A stretch of DNA of 64,000 nt. Source: Lingula anatina. Lineage: Eukaryota > Animalia > Brachiopoda. Numbering within the stretch: position 1 is the first letter of the stretch; each line of letters begins with the position of its first letter. The translations under genes were made by a program, and so were the position numbers. The stretch covers positions 1,674,001 through 1,738,000 of the forward strand of contig CM120646.1 of the NCBI GenBank assembly GCA_051362555.1, given 5' to 3'. Shown one piece after another: positions 42,443-52,894 of this stretch. Under the pieces are notes generated by a model that saw nothing but the letters and a program-made list of their open reading frames with translations, had not been told where the DNA came from and did no database searches.

Positions 42443-42633
42443 CAGAAATGATCCCAAGCGTACTTCACTTGGTCCACAAACGTTTCCATTTGTTCTCGTT
42501 TAAGGAGACACTTAGCTCTGGACTCGCAAAAGCTAACATGATCTTCCTTCTTGACAGCGCGCCGGTCGAACAATACAAAAAATGAGCGCATTTTGCGGAC
42601 CCAAAACTCGGGATATGGGGCGCTTGCTGACAT
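42443..42633 (-). pseudogene. 5'-only SCP-like pseudogene
   Basis: MSASAPYPEFWVRKMRSFFVLFDRRAVKKED (EF1 deletion)...YAWDHF, then fused to spacer sequence. Confidence 0.85.
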
Positions 42634-43413
42634 TGTGGATGTCCCCCGTGTATTGCAGACAAGACGGTTCGTTGAAAATTAAATCTGAATAGACGTTTTA
42701 ACTTTGGTACCTTGTGGTTTTAATGATGATAATGTCAGCAAAAGAGTAACACACTTAACGTCATAGTGTCCTTTCATTTCCGCATGGCTGCCTCAGACAA
42801 CTTTCAACGGTGTTATGCATGCAAAGCAGTACAGTCCAAAATACCTGTAACTAGACGCATGATCTGATGAATACGTGATGCGCTTAAGACACTAGTAAGA
42901 CTGAGTTGCAGCCTAGCGTGTCCCTTTTAAATCCCAGGTCATTTATAGTAACAAGCTAAGAAACATAAAATGGCACCCAAATTCTCTCTGCGCCAAATTC
43001 TCTCCCCCTTAAGCTGCAAAGAATGTATAACTAATTGGGCTTTCCTTAACAGAAACAATTGAACGTGTTTTAATGTCATAAACAAGCAAGATACTAAAAT
43101 TTCTTTAAGTAAATCTCAGAACATTTAAGGACACTACTGGAAGTTCTATACATGTTAGACCAATTTGTCACATAGAACAGGTCAGAGATAAACGGTCAAA
43201 TTTCTCTGGCTTGGTGTGACAGGAATAGTAGTCCGCTGGGAACCGTAGTCCGTTCCCTATCTCATTGTACGTGTGGCATTCTGACGCCAATACTGCACAG
43301 CACTGGTACCACAGGATTCTTGAATTCTAAAGCGTCTTTCAACAAGCAAGTCCTAGATCGTGATTGTCACACAATTCAGCATGTTATTTACAGTTTCCAT
43401 ATGATTGGGGGAT

Positions 43414-43424
43414 TTAAGCCAAGA
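43414..43424 (-). pseudogene. Ghost SCP locus: only the last codons and stop remain
   Basis: A normal SCP 3' flank ends GGGATTTAAGCCAAGA and joins directly to long-spacer sequence GGACACAGATGAAAATCCC (cf. 29946). Confidence 0.65.
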
Positions 43425-43847
43425 GGACACAGATGAAAATCCCATTTAAATACTTAATCACCATAGGAATCTTTCACTTTCACATGCAAAAGAGGAAAAT
43501 ATTGTTCTTGGGAGAGACAAGTCATGGTATGAAGTAATATTGAGCTAAATTTCATTGAATTATAATGCATAAAGGATGAGTCAATGCAACCAAAATGTGA
43601 GGACGATTTTATTCCACATGATTGCCATGATATTATAAAGAATGAAACTAAGGATGTGACTGTAAGTAAAAAATACCGCTTTCTTCAAATCGATCGTGAT
43701 AACTCTATAAAGCCGAATATGAAAACTTTTTTTTTTTTGAAGCATACAGTTTCTTCTACACACTAGTCATAAAATGATCAGTTTCACAATATTTTCCTTC
43801 TTATTTCCTAATATTAATTTAATTATTATACTTTTTCTGAACACAGC

Positions 43848-44106
43848 GAGCATGGTTGTAGATATAATCCCTAAGTGTAACATTCTCTATCTTCTCCGGA
43901 CCGGCCCAGAAATAATCCCAAGCGTTTTTAATTTGGTCTTTAAACGTTTGCAGTTGTTCTTGTTTGAGAAGACACTTTGCTCTAGCGATGCAAAAATCCA
44001 CAAAATCTTTCCTTTTGACAACGCCGTCCAAGTCGTGGTCGAACATCACAAAAACTGAGCGAATTTTACGGACCCAAAACTCAGGATATGGCGCCCTGGC
44101 TGGCAT
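43848..44106 (-). pseudogene. 5'-half SCP-like pseudogene
   Basis: MPARAPYPEFWVRKIRS...YIYNHAR, then truncated into spacer; EF3/EF4 missing. Confidence 0.85.
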
Positions 44107-44897
44107 TACATATGTCGCCCGTATACTGCAGACAAGACGGTTCGTTGAAAATCCAAATGGACGTTTTAATCTAGGTACCTTGTGATTTTAATGATAACAA
44201 TGTCAACAGAAGAATAATACACTGAACGTCCTAATGTCATTTCATTAACGCACGGCTGCCTCAGACAACCTTCAACGGTGCTATGCATGTCAAGCGGCAC
44301 AGTGCAATATACCTGTAACAAGACGTATTATCCGGTGAATATGTGATGCGCTACAGAAGCTGGTGAGAGAGAGTTACAGCTTAACATCTACATTTTATAT
44401 CCGAGGTCATTCATTTTAACTAAAACATAAGATGACACCCCCTTTTTGCTGAGCCATTTTTAAAAATATCTAGCTCCTTTTCCCATCCTCCCCTCCCCCT
44501 AAACCTCAAAAGAATGTATAACAAATTGGGTCCTTCTTAACAGAAACAATTAAACGCATTTTAATGTCATAAACAACCAAGGTACTGAAATGTAAGTAAA
44601 TTTCAGAACATTTTAAAGACAAAACTTGAAGTTCTTCACGTCCAATTTTGTTACACAGAACAGGTCTGAGATAAACTGTCAAATCTCTCTGGTCCGGAGT
44701 GACAAGAATGGTAGTCCGCTAGGAACCGTAGTCCGTTTCCCATCACTTTATACGTGTGGCATTCTAACCCCAATACTGCACACAACAAGCACCACAGTGT
44801 TCTTGAAAAGTAAACTCATATTTAACATGACAGTTCTAGATAGCGATTACCATGCAGGTAAAGCATATTATTGACGGTTTCCACATGATCAGGGGAT

Positions 44898-45446
44898 TTA
44901 AGCCAAGAACGGACCAAAAAACAACTTTGCTGGGGTGTCTGCAGTGCAGCAGAAGAAACCTACGGCAGCATTCACAAACTCTTCTTTGCTGATCTGACCA
45001 TCACCATCTGTGTCCAAGGCCTCAAACGATGGAGGGACAGATAGAGGGTGTACGCCAAAAAGGCCCAGGAACTCTTCATATTCCTTTCTGGTAATATAAC
45101 CGTGGCCACTTTTGTCTGCGATTGTGTCGAAATAGACATATAACCATTTTCTCTGCTCTTCTTGAAAAGTTGGTTCGCGAAAAGTGCGCGCGTGGTTAAA
45201 GATACAGTCCCTAAGAGTTACGTTCACTCTCTTCTCCGGCCCGGCCCAGAAATAATCCCAAGCGTTGTTGATTTGGTCCTTAAACGTGTCAATTTGTTCT
45301 TGTTTGAGGAGACACTTAGCTCTAGCGATGCAAAAGTCCACAAAATCATTCTTTTTGACAACGCCGTCCAAGTCGTGGTCGAACATTACAAAAACTGAGC
45401 GCATTTTGCGGACCCAGAACTCGGGATATGGCGCGCTTGCTGACAT
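44898..45446 (-). CDS. SCP-like EF-hand protein, 182 aa, copy 8
   Basis: Intact 549-nt ORF; EF3 DKSGHGYITRKE. Confidence 0.9.
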   Translation of the reverse strand: MSASAPYPEFWVRKMRSVFVMFDHDLDGVVKKNDFVDFCIARAKCLLKQEQIDTFKDQINNAWDYFWAGPEKRVNVTLRDCIFNHARTFREPTFQEEQRKWLYVYFDTIADKSGHGYITRKEYEEFLGLFGVHPLSVPPSFEALDTDGDGQISKEEFVNAAVGFFCCTADTPAKLFFGPFLA

Positions 45447-46384
45447 TGTAGAATTATCTTTTATACTGACTTAGACGGATCATTGTTAAATTTAAAAAGG
45501 TATCTTTACCTTGGTACCTTGTGATTATTACAATAAAAACATCAACAAAAGAGTAACTCTGAACGTCTTTGTGTTATTTTGTTTACGCACGGCTTCCTCA
45601 GACAACTTTCAAAGCGCTATACATGCAAAGCGTCACAGTACAATGGTAGGCCGTAACGTAACCTGTAACAAGACGTATGATCCGAAGAAGACATGATGTA
45701 ACCTAAATAACACAACACTTGTTAAAAAGCCTGGTGGGAATGAGGTACACACACACACACACTGCACATTTGCAAAGTGTATACATGAAAAGATAACGGA
45801 GTATTCCGGGAAGTAAACAAGTCATCGCATTTTAATGTTATAATCGACTAATATACCGCCACCGAATATCTCAGAACAACACTGGAGTTCCAATACGACC
45901 TCATGTCTGAAATAAATAGATCTGATTCGGCGATGTTACAAAGTACACGCATTTTGTTCATGTTCAGTTATCCACTGGGACAGAACCATTCAAATAATAT
46001 ACTAAGATAAAATGCCGGGAAATCGTCCCAAGTGGGGGGGGGGGGGGGGGGACGTTGATGACATAGATAACACTTCCATACAAATATTTGATCACCATAG
46101 GAATCTTTCAGATGCAAAAGAGAAAAAAATTGTTCTTGGCAGAGACAACTAATGTTATGAAGTAATATTAAGTAAATTTTCATGACTTAGTATGCATAAA
46201 GAATGAGTCATTGTACCCAAAATGTCGGGACAGTTTTATTCCAGATGATTGCCATGATATTATAAAGAATGAAATTAAGGATGTTACTGCCATATAGTAA
46301 TTTATAACATATGTGAAAGCATGTTATCTCTGCATCTAAATGTTTTGTAAATCACTAAAATGCAGTAGTTGAGAAAAAAATGCA

Positions 46385-46585
46385 ATATAAATGAATTTAT
46401 TGTCGTTTAACGAGTCAACGCAAAATGTGTTAGAGAAGCAATTCAGGTGAGGAAATGAGTTCATAGGGCGCGGAGTTTGACATGCGCAGATTGTGCATTG
46501 CACAATAGTATAAAAGGAAATGTGAGATGAGCAGATTTCATTCGAGGCTGTTTTCAGCTTGCTGCGTCAGGTCCAAGTAAATCGC
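46385..46585 (+). repeat. Split direct repeat A1 (201 bp), contains TATAAAA (46509-46515) and a TCATT initiator-like motif
   Basis: Matches 51740-51940 with no difference seen by eye. Confidence 0.92.
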
Positions 46586-46589
46586 TGGT

Positions 46590-47444
46590 ATGTCGAAGAG
46601 AAGAAGGGAGTCAACCTCGGAGAGTGAAGATACCGAGAGTGAGAGCAGAGAATTTTTTAATTTGGCAGTAGAAGATAAAGAAGAGGGCAATGAAGGAACT
46701 TTCAATGAGAAAGGTGATGTAAATGATAACAGCTCAGCTGGACAAATGACGGACACATTTTCTGTGTTCAAGTCTTATATGGACAAACAGTTTAAATCAC
46801 TGAAAAGGGAGCTAGTCGAAGAAAGTCAAAGTCAGAACAAAAAAGCCAAGACAGTACAGAAAAAATTAAAATTTGCGGGAAATCAAAAGCAGTTCGAAAT
46901 AAATACTGAAGTAATCGAAAATATGCAGAAAGCTGATATGTTGATTAAGGACGGACATGTAAAAGAGGCTCGTAAGGCACTAAAGGAAGGCATTGACATT
47001 TTACAAAAGAGAAATAAACTTATAAGAATAGCAGACAAGTCAGAAGCAGGTTGGGAAGCAGTAAAAGAATACGAATCAGATGACCTAGCAGAAGATAGTG
47101 ATGATAAAAAGAAAATACGGTCTGCACAAATGAGAGCCAGTAGAAAAATGCGAATACGAAATCAAAACAGGCGTAACAAAAACGAGTTTAATTACATTAA
47201 AAAGAATTATACTGCATCAGTCAATTTTGCAGGTATATCTGATCGAGGAAGCTTTCTTTTTCGAAGAAAAAGATTCCCAAACCCAAACGACCAGTGCTTC
47301 GCCTGTGGACAATATGGCCATTGGAGGGAAAGCTGTCCATACAAAGACCAAGCACAGAGTACAGTGCATCCACGAGAAAGAACATACGGACAGATCTTCA
47401 GAGGAAGCGAAGCTACATACAGCGGGTGGCAACAAAACAAATAA
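46590..47444 (+). CDS. gag: Gag-like protein of the YR retrotransposon (CCHC zinc knuckle)
   Basis: 284-aa ORF with CFACGQYGHWRESC knuckle and the KRNKLIRIADKSEAGWEAVKEYESDDLAEDSDD motif typical of this element group. Confidence 0.85.
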   Translation: MSKRRRESTSESEDTESESREFFNLAVEDKEEGNEGTFNEKGDVNDNSSAGQMTDTFSVFKSYMDKQFKSLKRELVEESQSQNKKAKTVQKKLKFAGNQKQFEINTEVIENMQKADMLIKDGHVKEARKALKEGIDILQKRNKLIRIADKSEAGWEAVKEYESDDLAEDSDDKKKIRSAQMRASRKMRIRNQNRRNKNEFNYIKKNYTASVNFAGISDRGSFLFRRKRFPNPNDQCFACGQYGHWRESCPYKDQAQSTVHPRERTYGQIFRGSEATYSGWQQNK

Positions 47445-47451
47445 AAGCAAG

Positions 47452-49454
47452 ATGAGCAAATCAAAAATGAAAGATAAGTATATGATAGATAATAATTTGA
47501 GAAATTCAGATGGGTTGTTAGATTATCATCAAAATGTAAATGTTAAAGGAAGACTTAAGAGAAACTATCAATTCTGGGAAAGCATACAGGCTAATAAATA
47601 TATTTTAGACGTATTAAAAAATGGATATGTTATTCCATTTATTGAGACACCACCAAATTCATTTATCAAGAATAACAAATCATCGCTTGAAAACACAGAA
47701 TTTGTTATCAATACCATTAAAGATTTATTAAAATCTGGCAGAATTCGAGAAGTTAAGGAAATTCCAAAGGTGGTAAATCCATTAACGGTTACATCTAACG
47801 GCAAAAAGAAACGTTTAGTACTTGATTTAAGACATGTGAATCCATACATTTGGAAAGAGAAAGTAAAATTTGAAGACGCAAACGAGGCTCTACAATATGT
47901 TAAATTGGGAGGGTATATGTTTCAGTTTGATTTGAAAGATGGTTATCATCACATAGATATTAAGGAATCACAATAAGATTTTTTGGGGTTTTCTTGGCGT
48001 ATGAATGGTCAAATTAAATATTATGTTTATACAGTGCTCCCTTTTGGAATTTCGTCAGCAGGTTACATATTCACGAAAGTTTTGAGATGTTTAGAGATCA
48101 AAACATATACCATTGGAGATCAAAACATATACCAATTGTTATGTACCTAGATGATGGTTTGGGATTTAGCGAAAATTTTGAGACTTGCGAAAGATTTGCG
48201 AATTTGATCAGACATGATTTATTGAAATCTGGTTTCGTAGTAAACGAAGTCAAAAGTATGTGGAAACCAACACAAACATTAAACTGGTTGGGCTTACAAT
48301 GGGATTTGAAAAAAGGGATTTTTTCAATAATTGATAAAAGAGTGGCAGATTTAAAAATTGATATAATGGAAATAATGGAAAATATATCAAACACATCTGC
48401 TAGAAGTTTAGCTAGAATTACGGGAAAAATTATATCTTTATATATAGTGTTCGGAGATGTAACGAGACTGATGACTAGAAATATGCATCAGGTCATAAAT
48501 GACAGGAGAAATTGGGATGGTATCGAGGATTTGAAGGACAAGTCAGATTTGCGAAATGAATTAAAATTTTGGTTGTCGAACATTGACAGACTAAATCGCA
48601 GAGTCATGTTTGTGGAAGATGTACCAAAAATACTGGGGTTTTCAGATGCAAGCGAACATGCATGCGGAGGATATTTGATTAGATGCAATTCTGAGATTTG
48701 TCACAAAATGTGGTCTGATAGTGAGAAAAAACAGAGCTCAACATGGAGAGAATTAAAGGCGCTATTTATTTCATTACAGTCATTTACGAAATTTATTAAA
48801 AATCGAAAAATCGGATGGTTTACAGATAATCAAAATGTTGTTAGAATAGTACAGACTGGATCGATGAAGGTGCATTTGCAAACATTGGCATTAAATATTT
48901 TCAATTTTTGTGTAGAAAATGATATTATTTTGCAAATAAAATGGATTCCAAGGACACAAAATGCAAAAGCAGATTTTATAAGTAAAATTATAGACACAGA
49001 TGATTGGGAAGTCATGGAAAATTTCTTTAATTCTATGAATAAAAAATGGGGATCGTATACAATAGATAGATTAGCTAATTATGAAAATACAAAAGTAACT
49101 CGTTTTAATTCAAAATTTTGGAATCCAAATACAGAGGCGGTTGATGCATTTTTACAGGATTGGTCAAACGAAAATAATTGGTTAGTACCTCCAGTAGCAT
49201 TAGTGCCAAAAGTTATAAATCATTTACTATGTTGCAAAGCAAAGGGTACTTTGGTAGTACCAGACTGGAAATCAGCAACATTTTGGCCATTGTTACAAGA
49301 TGAAAATTCAAAATGGAAATGGTATATTAAGGATATAATAAAGTTTAAGAACGGATGTGATATTTGCAAACAAGGGAAAAACAAAAATTCTTATATAGGA
49401 TCAAAAAACTTCAAGCATCAAATTCTGGCAATAAGGATAGATTGTTCTGAATAA
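47452..49454 (+). pseudogene. pol: Reverse transcriptase-RNase H-DNA adenine methyltransferase-like polyprotein, disrupted
   Basis: RT motifs KKRLVLDLRHVN, FDLKDGYHHI, LPFGISSA, YLDDG; RNase H FSDAS, SSTWRELKA, FTDNQN, WIPR..N..AD; MT-like IDRLA...FNSKFW...DAF...W...NNWLVPP. In-frame TAA at 47974-47976 and a frameshift near 48094-48115. Confidence 0.9.
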
Positions 49455-49705
49455 AAAGGTTAGATCAAAATTAGATTTAAAGTAGGTGAAAGGTTGAAAA
49501 TTATAAAATGCAATGGAACATGATAAAATCTAGAAGTGATTTGAAGGATTTATAATGGATCATGACATTCGTTACACAAGATTTTATGTAGTATATTCAT
49601 TTATGAAGAAACAAAAATAAGATAGAGATGGATATGTTGGATAATTGAATCGAGATGTGATTCGATATGAACCGAGATATGGTTTGATGCGAACAGATTT
49701 GATTT

Positions 49706-49925
49706 GATGCGAACAGAGGTGTGGTTCGATGCGAACAGAGATGTGGTTCGATGCGAACAGATATGTGGTTCGATGCGAACAGAAATTTGGTTCGATGCGA
49801 ACAGAGGTGTGGTTCGATGCGAACAGAAATTTGGTTCGATGCGAACAGAGGTGTGGTTCGATGGGAACAGAGATTTGGTTCGATGCGAACAGAAATTTGG
49901 TTCGATGCGAACAGAAATTTGGTTC
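49706..49925 (+). repeat. 22-bp minisatellite (10 near-perfect units, degenerate units extending ~49640-50086) inside the retrotransposon
   Basis: Unit GATGCGAACAGA(GG/GA/TA/AA)T(G/T)TGGTTC repeated with exact 22-nt period. Confidence 0.93.
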
Positions 49926-50438
49926 GATGAGAATTGAAATGTGGTTAGATATAAATTGAGATGTCATTTGATGAAACCAAGATGTGGTTTGATATGAACC
50001 GAGGTGTGGTTCGATATGAATATGAATCAAGATGTGATTGGATATAAATCGAGATGTGATTAGAAATGAATCAAGATGAGATTTAATAGGAATCAAAATT
50101 GGATTTGAAAAGATAAATGGGATATAAATTCAGTTTTACATGTAAAATTAATACATATTGATAAATTATAAAAAGTAATGACATGGTAATGGTTAAAAGA
50201 AAAACTTGTTACATGTTTGCAGGTTGAAGTTAAAAAAAAAAATGCAAATTATAGAATGAAAATATGTCAATTAAAAGAGGAATTGTAAGGTGAATGTTGA
50301 ATAGTGAAGTTAACATAATGAAATAAATAAAGATCAGAGAGAAAGATTAAAGACAAGTAGCATAGAAATTGCATTTGTGGTATTGATGCGAAAGGACATT
50401 TTCTATTACAGATTTTCAGAACAGGGATTTGGACAAAG

Positions 50439-51425
50439 ATGAGAGAGGTACAGGACACAACACTAAAGAGTTTGGCTGCAGATTTACCACAGGTTTTGGA
50501 ACATTCAAGAGCAGAAAATACTGTACGCAAGTACTCATCCGTATTTCAGAGATGGAAAAAATGGGCGAGTAATTTTGAAGAAGTAAAAGTTTTTCCAGCT
50601 CAAACGCATCACATTGCACTTTACATGTTGAGTTTGATACAGCATTCGTGTAAACCAGGAACGATTCAAGACGTTAATTATGGTTTAAAATGGACACATG
50701 AAATAGCAGGTATAAATCCAAATCCGTGTGATAATCCTATGATAAATAATATTGTTGAAGCGTCAAAGAGAACGTCACGCAAGAAAACAGTAAAAAAGGA
50801 AATAGTTACTCCGAAAATGTTAGAAATGATGATTAACAATTTCGCTAATACAAATGCTAGTTTAGCAGATTTACGAGATGTTTGTATATGCCTTATATCA
50901 TTTGCAGGTTTTTTGAGATATAGCGAGGTATGCAATATTAAAAGATCGGATATTTCTTTTACAGAACAATATTTTGAGATATTTATAGAAAAAAGTAAAA
51001 CTGACATTTACAGGGACGGATCTACGGTTTTGATTGCTAAAACTGGGAAATCTACATGTCCATATGCTTTTTTACAAAGATATTTGGAAGCAGCTAACAT
51101 TGAAGAACATTCAGATAATTTTATATTTAGACCAGTTAGTTATTTAAAGAAATCCAAAAAGCACATTTTACGTAAAAACGGAAAAATGTCGTATACAAGA
51201 ATTAGAGAAGTTATTTTACAAAAGCTAGAAATATTAGGATTTGACAGACAAAAGTTTGGTTTACATAGTATGCGTGCGGGAGGAGCTGCAGCGGCAGCAA
51301 ATTTTGGAGTAAAAGACCGTTTGTTTAAAAAACATGGACGTTGGATTTCTGATAAAGCGAAAGACGGATATATAAAAGATAGTTTGTCAAAAAGGATTCA
51401 AGTGTCTCTAAATATTGGAATATAA
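50439..51425 (+). CDS. Tyrosine recombinase (YR) of the retrotransposon, apparently intact
   Basis: 328 aa with catalytic motifs FAGFLRYSE (R), KSKTD (K), LHSMRAGGA (HxxR), HGRW, DGYI (Y). The frame extends 5' to an acceptor-like AG at 50411. Confidence 0.92.
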   Translation: MREVQDTTLKSLAADLPQVLEHSRAENTVRKYSSVFQRWKKWASNFEEVKVFPAQTHHIALYMLSLIQHSCKPGTIQDVNYGLKWTHEIAGINPNPCDNPMINNIVEASKRTSRKKTVKKEIVTPKMLEMMINNFANTNASLADLRDVCICLISFAGFLRYSEVCNIKRSDISFTEQYFEIFIEKSKTDIYRDGSTVLIAKTGKSTCPYAFLQRYLEAANIEEHSDNFIFRPVSYLKKSKKHILRKNGKMSYTRIREVILQKLEILGFDRQKFGLHSMRAGGAAAAANFGVKDRLFKKHGRWISDKAKDGYIKDSLSKRIQVSLNIGI

Positions 51426-51603
51426 AAAGAAATATTAAGATAAATAATACGTGTTCATTTTTAAATTTGTTATAAAGGTAAATATATAAATATATATTTG
51501 TTTTCAGCTGGTAAGTATACATATATGTCTTAATAATAAAATAATTTTATGGTTGTTTTTTAAAGAATAAGAATAAATGAAAATTGCCCGTTCTTTGTGG
51601 TCG

Positions 51604-51940
51604 ACGCAGCCAAGCAAACAACAGCTCATAGCAAGGGTTAACGAAATAAATGATTTGTATTGGAAACGGTGGTTGGTGTTTTCGTTGCGAGTTATTAGAC
51701 AATAAATGATTTATATGCGATTAAGTGAAACGAATAAGTATATAAATGAATTTATTGTCGTTTAACGAGTCAACGCAAAATGTGTTAGAGAAGCAATTCA
51801 GGTGAGGAAATGAGTTCATAGGGCGCGGAGTTTGACATGCGCAGATTGTGCATTGCACAATAGTATAAAAGGAAATGTGAGATGAGCAGATTTCATTCGA
51901 GGCTGTTTTCAGCTTGCTGCGTCAGGTCCAAGTAAATCGC
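51604..51940 (+). repeat. Internal B1 (51604-51745) + A2 (51740-51940) split-repeat junction
   Basis: B1 matches 52383-52524 and A2 matches 46385-46585; they overlap at ATATAA. Confidence 0.92.
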
Positions 51941-52382
51941 AAATATAAAACAAAGAATATTTTAAATGATATAGAAGTTTGGTCAAGAAAGTAATACATC
52001 AGAGAAGGCACAAAATGGAACAGTTGTAATAAGTTAATTGGAGTATTAAAGGGTATGTGCTTAGAAATAATTATGATTAATGAAGAAAACATAGATCAGT
52101 GTAAAATGTACAAAATTGGTAACAAAGAAGAGATAGTAGTTGGGATAAGACATTAGAAAATAATGGTTTCTGAGGTACAGTAAATTCTGGGCATTTACAC
52201 ATTCGGTAATATATCTATAAAAATGAAATAGTTCAAATATGGAACGAAAGAATTTATTGAAATATATAAAAGGTGGTTGAAAAGAAAATAGCAGAAGTAG
52301 AGGAAATAAGAGAAGTTTGTAAATGGTTATAGTCGGAGAGTTTGTGAATGACAGTCAGTGCGTGGTGTGTACGCATTCTGTA

Positions 52383-52524
52383 ACGCAGCCAAGCAAACAA
52401 CAGCTCATAGCAAGGGTTAACGAAATAAATGATTTGTATTGGAAACGGTGGTTGGTGTTTTCGTTGCGAGTTATTAGACAATAAATGATTTATATGCGAT
52501 TAAGTGAAACGAATAAGTATATAA
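52383..52524 (+). repeat. Split direct repeat B2 (142 bp), right terminus of the element
   Basis: Matches 51604-51745. Confidence 0.92.
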
Positions 52525-52708
52525 CTGTATATACTTGTAGAAATGGGGGAGTTGTGTTCCAACAAAATGTGTTTGTAATAGGTCAGAAAAGATGTTCATC
52601 CGTTTTATTTTAATGGCTGTTGATTGAAGTTAAGCTTTCTTGAAATTTATTGTAGATTTTTCAAGACGTACGTTACTCGCGATCGTTACGTCGCTATACA
52701 GCCGAATA

Positions 52709-52839
52709 TTAAGGTATAGATAAAGTACGAGGCGCTGAGCTTTACGAGAAATAGAGCAGATGATTGGCGAGGCGAAGCCGAGACAATTATCTGCTCTATT
52801 TCTCGTAAAGCTCAGTTCCGAGTGTTTTATCTGGCTTAA
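52709..52839. mobile_element. Palindromic (foldback) element with 27-bp perfect arms and a central GGCGAAGCC mini-hairpin
   Basis: CTGAGCTTTACGAGAAATAGAGCAGAT (52735-52761) / ATCTGCTCTATTTCTCGTAAAGCTCAG (52789-52815), with imperfect outer arms ending in TTAA. Confidence 0.75.
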
Positions 52840-52894
52840 AGCACGAGTAATTAACCCTGTGCAATGGTGCGTGGAACGCATTCGTGGATGACGT

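Larger units (their letters stand above)
46385..52524 (+). mobile_element. Full-length tyrosine-recombinase retrotransposon (DIRS order, split-direct-repeat type: PAT-like/Ngaro-like)
   Basis: gag + RT/RNaseH/MT + YR ORFs with A1...B1-A2...B2 repeats. Host spacer sequence resumes exactly on both sides (cf. 30268-30310, 40346-40390). Confidence 0.93.

Noticed and set aside
28679-45446. Aequorin/obelin-type photoprotein cluster
   Set aside because: Same fold family, but by eye the C-terminal His/Trp/Tyr residues of hydrozoan photoproteins (QHLGFW...LYG) appear as AAVGFF...FWG, and the termini match Nereis-type SCP better.
28829-45474. Repeated + strand ORFs antisense to SCP genes
   Set aside because: Shadow frames of the duplicated coding sequence, with inconsistent lengths and no motifs.
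49000-49454. Horizontally acquired bacterial/phage adenine methyltransferase or integrase (prophage)
   Set aside because: The MT-like domain and YR are standard parts of DIRS-order retrotransposons, and the split direct repeats and gag confirm this.
49706-49925. CRISPR-like array (palindromic repeats with variable intervals)
   Set aside because: The period is only 22 bp, the variable parts are a few nucleotides and recur rather than being unique spacers, there are no cas genes, and it lies inside a eukaryotic retrotransposon.
49584-50096. 170-aa minus-strand ORF and overlapping repetitive + strand ORFs
   Set aside because: Translation artefacts of the 22-bp minisatellite.
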